DNA of 64,000 nt from Eledone cirrhosa (lineage: Eukaryota), in assembly GCA_964016885.1 (NCBI GenBank), contig OZ024747.1:6076001-6140000 (forward strand), written 5' to 3'. Positions 15,595-25,325 of this stretch are shown here, one piece after another. Both the position numbers and the translations under genes were made by a program. Every line of letters starts with the position of its first letter. Positions within the stretch are counted from its first letter, which is position 1. Below the pieces are notes generated by a model. It ran no database searches. It was not told the origin of the DNA and was given only the letters and a program-made list of their open reading frames with translations.

Positions 15595-16298
15595 TTAATT
15601 GTAAGTTGTGATGTTGCTGTTCCACTCATATTTTCTATTTAACTTTGGTTTTAATTCTTTTATGCTTACTGCCTCTGTAATTTGCCTAAACATTGCGTCT
15701 TTCTTGTGTGTGGATTCTATTTTTATTTCTATGCTCTCTAATTTACCCCTGTGTTCTATCTTAGCATGTTGGTAGAGCACAGATGATTCTTTACTATCTT
15801 GGAGGTCTCGCCAGTGTTCATTTATTCGTTCCCCTATACTACGAGCTGTCTCACCTATGTACACTATATTTTTGTTTCTACATTGTCCCTCAGTACATCT
15901 TATGCTATATACTACATTTCTAGTTTTACAGTTAATATGGGGGCTTATTTTACAGGTTATACATTTCTTATCTATACATGAGGGTCTTTGGAACGGGTAT
16001 GTCTTGCTAATAAGTGTTTTTACGGAGGTACCAGGTCTTTCTACTATCTTAATATTGAGATTATGTTTCTTTAGGGCCCTTCTAAATTTGTAGGCTAGTT
16101 CACCTCTAGGGGTTGTATTGATGAACATTACACTCTGGTATTTATTGCTATCATACCATGAGTTTATTCTATTGGCCTTGTTCTTAGTTCTTTCTATTCT
16201 ATTCCAAAATTTGCTCCTATACAAGGGGCAGGTCCCATTTATGTCATTATTTACCATTTTTTCCCATTTGGTTCTGGCTCCTTTATACACTCTGATTC
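15595..16298 (-). pseudogene. Inverted 5'-truncated copy of the PLE ORF end (linker + GIY-YIG)
   Basis: Translation matches the C-terminal ~230 aa of 18262-20958. Confidence 0.92.
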
Positions 16299-16693
16299 AA
16301 AGACCCTCATGTATAGATAAGAAATGTATAACCTGTAAAATAAGCCCCCATATTAACTGTAAAACTAGAAATGTAGTATATAGCATAAGATGTACTGAGG
16401 GACAATGTAGAAACAAAAATATAGTGTACATAGGTGAGACAGCTCGTAGTATAGGGGAACGAATAAATGAACACTGGCGAGACCTCCAAGATAGTAAAGA
16501 ATCATCTGTGCTCTACCAACATGCTAAGATAGAACACAGGGGTAAATTAGAGAGCATAGAAATAAAAATAGAATCCACACACAAGAAAGACGCAATGTTT
16601 AGGCAAATTACAGAGGCAGTAAGCATAAAAGAATTAAAACCAAAGTTAAATAGAAAATATGAGTGGAACAGCAACATCACAACTTACAATTAA
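16298..16693 (+). pseudogene. Direct 5'-truncated copy of the PLE GIY-YIG domain
   Basis: Matches 20563-20958; the hydrophobic N-terminus in the ORF track is antisense read-through of the inverted copy. Confidence 0.92.
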
Positions 16694-16887
16694 GGACAAA
16701 ATGAAAACACACACACACATATATAAACAACTTACAATTGAAAACACACACAAAATGAAAACACACACAAGACAAAATGAAAACACACACACACATAGAA
16801 CAAACAACCAACCAACAATAAATAAATAAATAAACAAACAAATATAAATAGAAAAATAGAAAAATGAACACAAACACACACAGACAC

Positions 16888-16943
16888 CCGGATGTGGCGC
16901 ATGCGCAAACTGAGCACGCAACCCACACACAAACAAAATGGCG
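16888..16943 (+). promoter_or_regulatory. Putative pseudo-LTR promoter: ETS (CCGGATGTG), NRF1 (GCGCATGCGCA) and YY1 (CAAAATGGCG) motifs; copies at 21145-21200 (+) and 15345-15400 (-)
   Basis: Three consensus-like motifs within 56 bp in otherwise CpG-poor DNA, upstream of the ribozyme and the ATG. Confidence 0.55.
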
Positions 16944-16989
16944 TAGGATAGAAGAAAGGAAAGGCACAGAAACGAAGAAAGAAATCCCC

Positions 16990-17034
16990 AGTCACTGAAG
17001 AGGTCACAGAGTGTGTGACGAAAGAACTATGACT
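16990..17034 (+). ncRNA. Minimal type I hammerhead ribozyme in the 5' pseudo-LTR
   Basis: AGUCA-CUGAAGA-G-GUCACA(GAGUG)UGUGAC-GAAA-G(AA)C-UA-UGACU; stems I and II pair perfectly; predicted cleavage after CUA at 17029. Confidence 0.82.
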
Positions 17035-17167
17035 ATATATATATAAACAACTATCTGGTTGTGGAACCAACCAACCAACCAGAAATTTATAAATTTGTAA
17101 ATTTATAAATATATATTAAATTAAATTGAAGTGAAAGCAACTGGTGCGTGTGTTTCTTATTGGCAAC

Positions 17168-18289
17168 ATGACCCTCCCAAAGTATAACAATATCGGTTTC
17201 AACACACGATTTCAGATAAAGAATCTTGCTAAACAAATTCAGAAACGAAATATCGTAAGCCTTAGCCAGGCTAACAAGATACTGAAAACCACCATGTTCT
17301 GTTGTCTACGAAAAACCATAACATCTCGACAACTACACTTCATAAAACTGTGCACCACTTCTAGAATCTACACCAACACCATCAATACCGACGTTAGAAG
17401 ATTACAACTCACCAAAAAACAAGCAGATAGGCTAAAACGAACTTTAATTCTAAACATAAAAAAGAAGATCTATAGAGAATTAAGTCATCAAGAAAAACTA
17501 AAGCGTAACCTAATAGATGAAATATCTAAAATCACCACACCAGCAGAAAAACTAACATTTATAAGCCTTATACGCCCCGAAGAACAGTACATTACTCAAG
17601 AATGTAATAAGCACTTTAACAGAAAATTAAAGTGGCTTAAACAGGCAAAGCTAAATCGGGATACTATAGAGTATACCAATAGATATCCCGACAAAATTGA
17701 CGGTATCAACATGGCCGACACCTCATTATCTGAAGAGTTCAACAATAAAAATACCAACATTTATGGAAACACGAAAATAGATAATAATGAAATGTCTGTG
17801 TTACGTTTGCCACCCAAATTTGCGACATTCAAGAAGGTAAATATGATTAGTTGTCTGTCAGAAATAGAAAAATCATTTACGAAACTACGCTGGAGCATCA
17901 AAAACAAAAACAAAAGCAACAATATACGCACACACATATACAACACACATCCCAACAACAACAGACACACAGACACAAACAACAATAACAACAACAATAG
18001 CAACATACCCAGATACAATACCAACAATAGCAACATACCCAGATACAACAGACACGCAGACACAAACAACAATAACAACACACACGGAGACAACAATAAC
18101 AACAACACACACATCAACAACAACAACAACAGCAACATACCCAGATACAACAACAACAGACAAGCAAACACAAACAACAATAACAACACACACAACAACG
18201 ATAACACACACACACACGGAGACAACAACACACATCAACAACAACAACACACACACATTCAATGCCTCTCACCACCACTACAATCTTAA
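17168..18289 (+). CDS. Penelope-like element ORF, N-terminal part (basic domain + Asn/Thr/His-rich tract)
   Basis: ATG at 17168 (MTLPKYNN); PLE-like N-terminal motifs LRLPPKF and EIEKSFTKLRW; overlaps the RT ORF in another frame. Confidence 0.8.
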   Translation: MTLPKYNNIGFNTRFQIKNLAKQIQKRNIVSLSQANKILKTTMFCCLRKTITSRQLHFIKLCTTSRIYTNTINTDVRRLQLTKKQADRLKRTLILNIKKKIYRELSHQEKLKRNLIDEISKITTPAEKLTFISLIRPEEQYITQECNKHFNRKLKWLKQAKLNRDTIEYTNRYPDKIDGINMADTSLSEEFNNKNTNIYGNTKIDNNEMSVLRLPPKFATFKKVNMISCLSEIEKSFTKLRWSIKNKNKSNNIRTHIYNTHPNNNRHTDTNNNNNNNSNIPRYNTNNSNIPRYNRHADTNNNNNTHGDNNNNNTHINNNNNSNIPRYNNNRQANTNNNNNTHNNDNTHTHGDNNTHQQQQHTHIQCLSPPLQS

Positions 18290-20958
18290 CAAACACACAG
18301 ACACAGAAAACAAGTAATGACAGTAGCACAGAAATCAGAGAAATAAGAGAAAGTAATAGGATTAAAAGGAGTAGGGAGACTAAGGACAAAGAGAATAACC
18401 AAGACGAACACACAGACACACAAAATAGGGTAGATAACAACATTGAGCCAGTGGAAAGAGACAGGAGTAATTATGAGAGACATAGAAACAACCATGAAGC
18501 TGAGGCTGCTGCTGTTGGTGGAAATAGAAACAACACAACTAACAATAGCGCAAGTACACATAAAGCAGCAGCCTGGAACTCTCCGTTTTATAATCCCTCC
18601 GATAAATCATTCGACCTACGACGAGTCCACGCCACGACTTTGCCATTTAACAAACGCACGCAGTTGCCGTCGCAGGTCGATGAACAAACAGAAGCACAAT
18701 TTAGTATAGCTAAATCCGAACTTAGAAATATTATAGAACAGTATAGCAAGAAGCATAATAGAAGAGAGGCCCAGCAACTGGGAGAAGAATCTGCAAATGG
18801 CTTGCGTAAGCTCATGCAGCGCTCGCGTAATGGAGAGATAGCATGCTTTCCAACAGACAAGTCTGGCAGAATGTCGGTTGACAGCCTGCCAAACTACATC
18901 CAGGCAATGCAACCCCACATCACTAACACAAGAGAGGTAACACCACAGGAGCATGAGGACAGAGAAAAAACCCTCAATGCCCATATGGTGATGTGGACAA
19001 ATATAATGCAGCCCAACAAAAGGACTGCCAACAACTTCCAGGCCTGGAACAATGACGTGCCGGCATTGTATGGGCTTCGAAAGGACCATAAAACGGGCTG
19101 GGACCCTGTCGCGGGACCACCAACACGGCCAGTCTGTGGGGCTAACATTGCTAGTAACTACAGACTGTCCTACTTCCTCTCCCTGATCATACGCCCCATC
19201 ATTGAGATGTCCCCAGATGTGTGTGACAGCACGGAGGACCTCCTCAGCAGAATCGACGCGGGTAACCGATCTGGGGACCTAACAAACTGCATAATAGGCA
19301 GTATGGATGTTGTGTCCCTGTATCCATCTATTGACGTGGATTTTGCTGTGGAGAAATGCGTCGAAATGATCAGCGAGAGCAAGGTTGAGTTCCGTGGGAT
19401 TGATACCAGTGAGCTGGGACTTCTACTTAAGCTTACCCATAGTAATAGTTACCTAGACACTTATGACCTTAGCAACCTGTGCCCTACAAGACCAGCAAGA
19501 GGCAGACCACCTACCATTACCTCAATGGCCAAGAAAACCCACACAGATAGATGGAACGGGTGGACCAGAGCCATACGGACACCCGAAAACCACGATGAAC
19601 TGAAGAAAATGATTGCACATGCGGTAGGGGCCAGCATAAAATTAACCCTTAAGGAACATATGTTCAAATTTAATAGTAAAACATATGCCCAAGAGGAAGG
19701 AGCAGCCATTGGTGTTAGCATTGCAGGCGACATAGCTAACTTGTTCATGGTATGGTGGGACAGTAGACTTAAACAAAAACTTAAAGAACAATTAGAAGAC
19801 AGATTAACCCTGATAATGTACTCCCGCTACGTAGATGATATAAACATCGTAGTTAAGACACCCCCACTAAAGAACAGTCAGGAACCTGAGAAAAACACAA
19901 TGGAAAGCATCCAGCAAATAGCAAACTCCATCCACCAGAGCATTAGAGTTACTATAGACTACCCAAGTAGACACCCCAACCATCGATTACCTGTACTAGA
20001 CACAGAGCTCTGGTTAGATACTATTAACAACCAAAAACAAATCCTCCATTCCCATTATGCCAAACCCATGACTTCCAAACATCTGATCCACCGAAACTCG
20101 GCCATTTCGGACCATACCAAAATCAACATACTGATTGCGGATTTGGTACGGGTGATGAGAAATGTGTCCCGCATGTGCAACCCCAAAGAACTAGAGAGAC
20201 ACATACAACACTTCATCCACCGTATGCAGTTCTCTGGCTACAATCAGAGAGATAGAATCAGAGTGTATAAAGGAGCCAGAACCAAATGGGAAAAAATGGT
20301 AAATAATGACATAAATGGGACCTGCCCCTTGTATAGGAGCAAATTTTGGAATAGAATAGAAAGAACTAAGAACAAGGCCAATAGAATAAACTCATGGTAT
20401 GATAGCAATAAATACCAGAGTGTAATGTTCATCAATACAACCCCTAGAGGTGAACTAGCCTACAAATTTAGAAGGGCCCTAAAGAAACATAATCTCAATA
20501 TTAAGATAGTAGAAAGACCTGGTACCTCCGTAAAAACACTTATTAGCAAGACATACCCGTTCCAAAGACCCTCATGTATAGATAAGAAATGTATAACCTG
20601 TAAAATAAGCCCCCATATTAACTGTAAAACTAGAAATGTAGTATATAGCATAAGATGTACTGAGGGACAATGTAGAAACAAAAATATAGTGTACATAGGT
20701 GAGACAGCTCGTAGTATAGGGGAACGAATAAATGAACACTGGCGAGACCTCCAAGATAGTAAAGAATCATCTGTGCTCTACCAACATGCTAAGATAGAAC
20801 ACAGGGGTAAATTAGAGAGCATAGAAATAAAAATAGAATCCACACACAAGAAAGACGCAATGTTTAGGCAAATTACAGAGGCAGTAAGCATAAAAGAATT
20901 AAAACCAAAGTTAAATAGAAAATATGAGTGGAACAGCAACATCACAACTTACAATTAA
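18262..20958 (+). CDS. Penelope-like reverse transcriptase + C-terminal GIY-YIG endonuclease
   Basis: Motifs PTDKSG, LYGLRKDHK, TRPV, SMDVVSLYPSI, QEEGAAIG, RYVDD, LPVLD, HYAKP; Cys linker CIDKKCITC; NVVY...YIGET.RS..ER..EH; RQITEAVSI....LNRKYEW. Confidence 0.95.
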   Translation: MPLTTTTILTNTQTQKTSNDSSTEIREIRESNRIKRSRETKDKENNQDEHTDTQNRVDNNIEPVERDRSNYERHRNNHEAEAAAVGGNRNNTTNNSASTHKAAAWNSPFYNPSDKSFDLRRVHATTLPFNKRTQLPSQVDEQTEAQFSIAKSELRNIIEQYSKKHNRREAQQLGEESANGLRKLMQRSRNGEIACFPTDKSGRMSVDSLPNYIQAMQPHITNTREVTPQEHEDREKTLNAHMVMWTNIMQPNKRTANNFQAWNNDVPALYGLRKDHKTGWDPVAGPPTRPVCGANIASNYRLSYFLSLIIRPIIEMSPDVCDSTEDLLSRIDAGNRSGDLTNCIIGSMDVVSLYPSIDVDFAVEKCVEMISESKVEFRGIDTSELGLLLKLTHSNSYLDTYDLSNLCPTRPARGRPPTITSMAKKTHTDRWNGWTRAIRTPENHDELKKMIAHAVGASIKLTLKEHMFKFNSKTYAQEEGAAIGVSIAGDIANLFMVWWDSRLKQKLKEQLEDRLTLIMYSRYVDDINIVVKTPPLKNSQEPEKNTMESIQQIANSIHQSIRVTIDYPSRHPNHRLPVLDTELWLDTINNQKQILHSHYAKPMTSKHLIHRNSAISDHTKINILIADLVRVMRNVSRMCNPKELERHIQHFIHRMQFSGYNQRDRIRVYKGARTKWEKMVNNDINGTCPLYRSKFWNRIERTKNKANRINSWYDSNKYQSVMFINTTPRGELAYKFRRALKKHNLNIKIVERPGTSVKTLISKTYPFQRPSCIDKKCITCKISPHINCKTRNVVYSIRCTEGQCRNKNIVYIGETARSIGERINEHWRDLQDSKESSVLYQHAKIEHRGKLESIEIKIESTHKKDAMFRQITEAVSIKELKPKLNRKYEWNSNITTYN

Positions 20959-21246
20959 GGACAAAATGAAAACACACACACACATATATAAACAACTTAC
21001 AATTGAAAACACACACAAAATGAAAACACACACAAGACAAAATGAAAACACACACACACATAGAACAAACAACCAACCAACAATAAATAAATAAATAAAC
21101 AAACAAATATAAATAGAAAAATGAACACAAACACACACAGACACCCGGATGTGGCGCATGCGCAAACTGAGCACGCAACCCACACACAAACAAAATGGCG
21201 TAGGATAGAAGAAAGGAAAGGCACAGAAACGAAGAAAGAAATCCCC

Positions 21247-21291
21247 AGTCACTGAAGAGGTCACAGAGTGTGTGACGAAAGAACTATGACT
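21247..21291 (+). ncRNA. Hammerhead ribozyme copy in the 3' pseudo-LTR
   Basis: Identical to 16990-17034. Confidence 0.82.
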
Positions 21292-21450
21292 ATATATATA
21301 TAAACAACTATCTGGTTGTGGAACCAACCAACCAACCAGAAATTTATAAATTTGTAAATTTATAAATATATATTAAATTAAATTGAAGTGAAAGCAACTG
21401 GTGCGTGTGTTTCTTATTGGCAACATGACCCTCCCAAAGTATAACAATAT

Positions 21451-21487
21451 ATATATATATATATATATATATGGTAGTGTATGTATG

Positions 21488-21538
<51 letters not shown>

Positions 21539-21551
21539 TAGTGTATGTATG

Positions 21552-21602
<51 letters not shown>

Positions 21603-21615
21603 TAGTGTATGTATG

Positions 21616-21650
<35 letters not shown>

Positions 21651-21693
21651 TAGTGTATGTATATATATATATATATATGGTAGTGTATGTATG

Positions 21694-21746
<53 letters not shown>

Positions 21747-21860
21747 TAGTGTATGTATATATATATATATATATATATATGGTAGTGTATGTATATATAT
21801 ATATATGGTAGTGTATGTATATATATATATATGGTAGTGTATGTATATATATATATATAT
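21451..21860. repeat. GGTAGTGT(ATGT)x(AT)n satellite, right part
   Basis: Same motif and orientation as the left array; the ATGT-containing variant occurs on both sides of the PLE. Confidence 0.97.
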
Positions 21861-22795
21861 TATCAATATAGTAAAGCAGTGAATTGACAGCATTGGATAA
21901 AATACTTTACAGTATTTGTTCAAACTTCGAGTTCAAATCCTGCTGAGGTCAACTTTGCTTTTCATCCTTCTTAGTCGATAAAATAAAGTACCTGTAATAC
22001 ACTGGGTCGATTTAATTGACTTTCTCCTTTCCTAAAATTGTTGGCCTTGTGCCTAATTCAGAAAGCATTATTATTGTTATATTTGGGGGGGGGGGGTTAT
22101 GTTGTCCTAATATTGCCAAAAATAGTAAAACGCACTCAGTTTGGTTTGGTTTTCACTTCAGTATATTTTTATTATTAATTTAGCCGGAAATCAATGTTTA
22201 TTATTGATTGACCAACAGTTAAAATATAAATATAATTTCTCAAATTTCTTTTGTCACACCAAACAGTGAGTGTGTTTTACTATTTCTGGCAATATTATAA
22301 CAATGGCAGTATTGGTAGAGGGTCAGACATGCTTTCCAACGTAGTTACATCCCTTTACGATCTGAGTTCAAATCCCGCCGAGGTTAACTTTGCCTTTCAT
22401 CCTTACAGGGTCGATAAAATAAAGTACCAGTAATGTACTGGGTAATTGCTGGCCTTGTGCCAAAACTAGAAACAATTATAACAATATGACCCTCCCCAAA
22501 TATAACAATATCTGTTTCAACACACAATTTCATATCAAAAACCTTGTAAAACATTATTATTTTATTCTGGCGGTGGATTGGCAGTATCGGTAGAGCGTCA
22601 GACGCCAAGCTTTTCAGCAAAGAGTTACGGCCCTTTATGGTCTGAGTAAAATCCCGCCGAGGTTAACTTTGCCTTTCATCCTTACGGGGTCGATAAAATA
22701 AAGTACCAGTAATACACTGGGATAATTGCTGGCCTTGTGCCAAAAGTATAAACTGTTGTTGTAGTTGTTATAGATTTGTTGGTGTCTTATTTCAG

Positions 22796-22921
22796 TGGGG
22801 TGATCATTGAAGAGAACAGAGAAGAGTCCAACATAGAATTAACAGCCAAGTCAGGATCAGCATATTTAATGTTTTTCAGTGATCTAGCTTTTAACATGTC
22901 TGGATTTAACATTAGCTACAG
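22796..22921 (+). CDS. ATRN: Attractin exon, CUB domain C-part
   Basis: ttcag|TGGGG...CTACAG|gtaag; [42 protein letters not shown]; phase matches the previous exon. Confidence 0.93.
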
Positions 22922-22934
22922 GTAAGTGTTTGTT

Positions 22935-23990
22935 TGATGATGATGGTGATGGTGGTGGTGGTGGTGGTGGTGGTGGTGATATGATGTTGATGGTAGTGGT
23001 GATGGTGGTGGTGATATGTTGATGGTAGTGGTGATGGTGGTGGTGGTGGTGGTATGATGTTGATGGTAGTGGTGATATGTTGATGGTAGTGGTGATGATG
23101 GTGGTGATATGATGTTGATGGTAGTGGTGATGGTGGTGGTGATATGTTGATGGTAATGGTGATGATGGTGGTGGTGATGATGTTGATGGTAGTGGTGATG
23201 GTGGTGGTGATATGTTGATGGTAGTGGTGATGATGGTGGTGATATGATGTTGATGGTAGTGGTGATGGTGGTGGTGATGTTGATGGTGGTGGTGATGGTG
23301 GTGGTGGTATGATGTTGATGGTAGTGGTGATGGTGGTGGTGATATGTTGATGGTAGTGGTGATGGTGGTGGTGGTATGATGTTGATGGTAGTGGTGATGG
23401 TGGTGGTGATATGATGTTGATGGTAATGGTGATGATGGTGGTGGTGATGATGTTGATGGTGGTGGTAGTGATATGATGTTGATGGTAATGGTGATGATGG
23501 TGATATGATGTTGATGGTAATGTTGATGGTGGTAGTGGTGATATGATGTTGGTGGTAATGGTGATGGTAATCTTGATGATGATGGTGGTGATGATATGAT
23601 GGTGATGGTAATGGTGATGGTAATGTTGATGATAGTGGTGATGATGATATGATGATTAAGTTTATATATATATAATAGAATATATATATATATATATATA
23701 ATAGAAAATATATATATATATATAATAGAAAATATATATATATATATATATATAATAGAAAATATATATATATATATATATAATAGAAAATATATATATA
23801 TATATATATAATAGAAAATATATATATATATATATATAATAGAAAATATATATATATATATATATAATAGAAAATATATATATATATATATAATAGAAAA
23901 TATATATATATATATATATAATAGAAAATATATATATATATATAATAGAAAATATATATATATATATATAATAGAAAATATATATATATA
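22935..23990. repeat. (GAT/GGT)n microsatellite followed by an AATAGAAA(AT)n repeat, filling almost the whole intron
   Basis: Directly visible. Confidence 0.95.
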
Positions 23991-24024
23991 AAGTTTATGT
24001 ATTTATATGTATATCTGTTTTCAG

Positions 24025-24197
24025 AGTTGGAGGTTGTCCATTAAAGTGTTCAGGCCGTGGTGTTTGTGAAAATTATGTGTGTCAGTGCCAGAAAGGTTAT
24101 ATAGGTGATGGCTGTGAGATTGACCTTTGTCCAAACAATTGCTCCAACCATGGAAATTGCTGGAACAATCAGTGTGAATGTGATATTGGATATATCG
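24025..24197 (+). CDS. ATRN: Attractin exon, EGF-like repeats
   Basis: tttcag|AGTT...ATCG|gtaag; GCPLKCSGRGVCENYVCQCQKGYIGDGCEIDLCPNNCSNHGNC. Confidence 0.93.
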
Positions 24198-24600
24198 GTA
24201 AGGAAATATTATATTTACTCTATTTCTACTTTTTCTCCCCCAACATTCTTCAGGTTTTTTCTTGTTCTTCTTACTTTATTTGTATTTTTCGATATTTTGT
24301 GTGTCTTTTGTATTCTATCACTTTCTTGTTGTTGTTGTTGTTGTCTCCTGTTGTTGTGTATTCTGTCCTGTTATTGTATAGTCTTCTGTAGTTGTTGTTG
24401 TTAACCCTTTCATGACTGCATTTCTATGGATTTACTAAAATTATTAATTATTTCATTACTATAGAGTAACTTAATGTAATGTTCTTATATAAAATTATAT
24501 TAGAAAATTTAAATTTAAATTGGAAACCTTTAAAATAGGTGGTTTTGATACATAGAACCAGAGCCGGTTTTGGCTGGGTAGGTAACTAAAGGATTAAAAT

Positions 24601-25325
24601 ACCCAAGAAACCTATGAGATACAACCTTACTGGGGGACAACTAAACCTACATAGGTGTGAGATGTAACAGTGCCCTCACATTAAATCACCCAAGAAACCT
24701 ATTGGGGGACCAACTAAACCTACATAGGTGTAAGATGTAACAGTGCCCTCACATTAAATCACCCAAGAAACCTATTGGGGGACCAACTAAACCTACATAG
24801 GTGTAAGATGTAACAGTGCCCTCACATTAAATCACCCAAGAAACCTATTGGGGGACCAACTAAACCTACATAGGTGTAAGATGTAACAGTGCCCTCACAT
24901 TAAATCACCCAAGAAACCTATTGGGGACAACTAAACCTACATAGGTGTAAGATGTAACAGTGCCCTCACATTAAATCACCCAAGAAACCTATTGGGGGAC
25001 CAACTAAACCTACATAGGTGTAAGATGTAACAGTGCCCTCATATTAAATCACCCAAGAAACCTATTGGGGGACCAACTAAACCTACATAGGTGTGAGATG
25101 TAACAGTGCCCTCACATTAAATCACTCAAGAAACCTATTGGGGACAACTAAACCTACATAGGTGTAAGATGTAACAGTGCCCTCACATTAAATCACCCAA
25201 GAAACCTATTGGGGGGCAACTAAACCTACATAGGTGTAAGATGTAACAGTGCCCTCACATTAAATCACTCAAGAAACCTATTGGGGACCAACTAAATCTC
25301 AATAGGAGTGAGATGTAAATTTCAT
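24601..25325. repeat. 72-73-bp tandem repeat, about 9-10 copies
   Basis: Unit GGGGGACCAACTAAACCTACATAGGTGTAAGATGTAACAGTGCCCTCACATTAAATCACCCAAGAAACCTATT. Confidence 0.95.

Larger units (their letters stand above)
15035..21450. mobile_element. Penelope-like retroelement insertion: inverted 3' fragment (15035-16298, -) + direct 5'-truncated fragment/pseudo-LTR + full unit + 3' pseudo-LTR (16298-21450, +)
   Basis: RT + GIY-YIG ORF; 16298-17193 is repeated at 20563-21450; 15035-15990 is the reverse complement of 16298-17253; the same GGTAGTGT(AT)n satellite lies on both flanks. Confidence 0.95.

Noticed and set aside
16118-16693. Apparent membrane-anchored GIY-YIG nuclease
   Set aside because: Chance fusion of antisense PLE sequence with the endonuclease domain at the inversion junction (16298).
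17168-20958. Selenocysteine recoding or a spliceosomal intron joining the two PLE ORFs
   Set aside because: No in-frame TGA, and I found no convincing GT donor or pyrimidine tract around the low-complexity region on the + strand.
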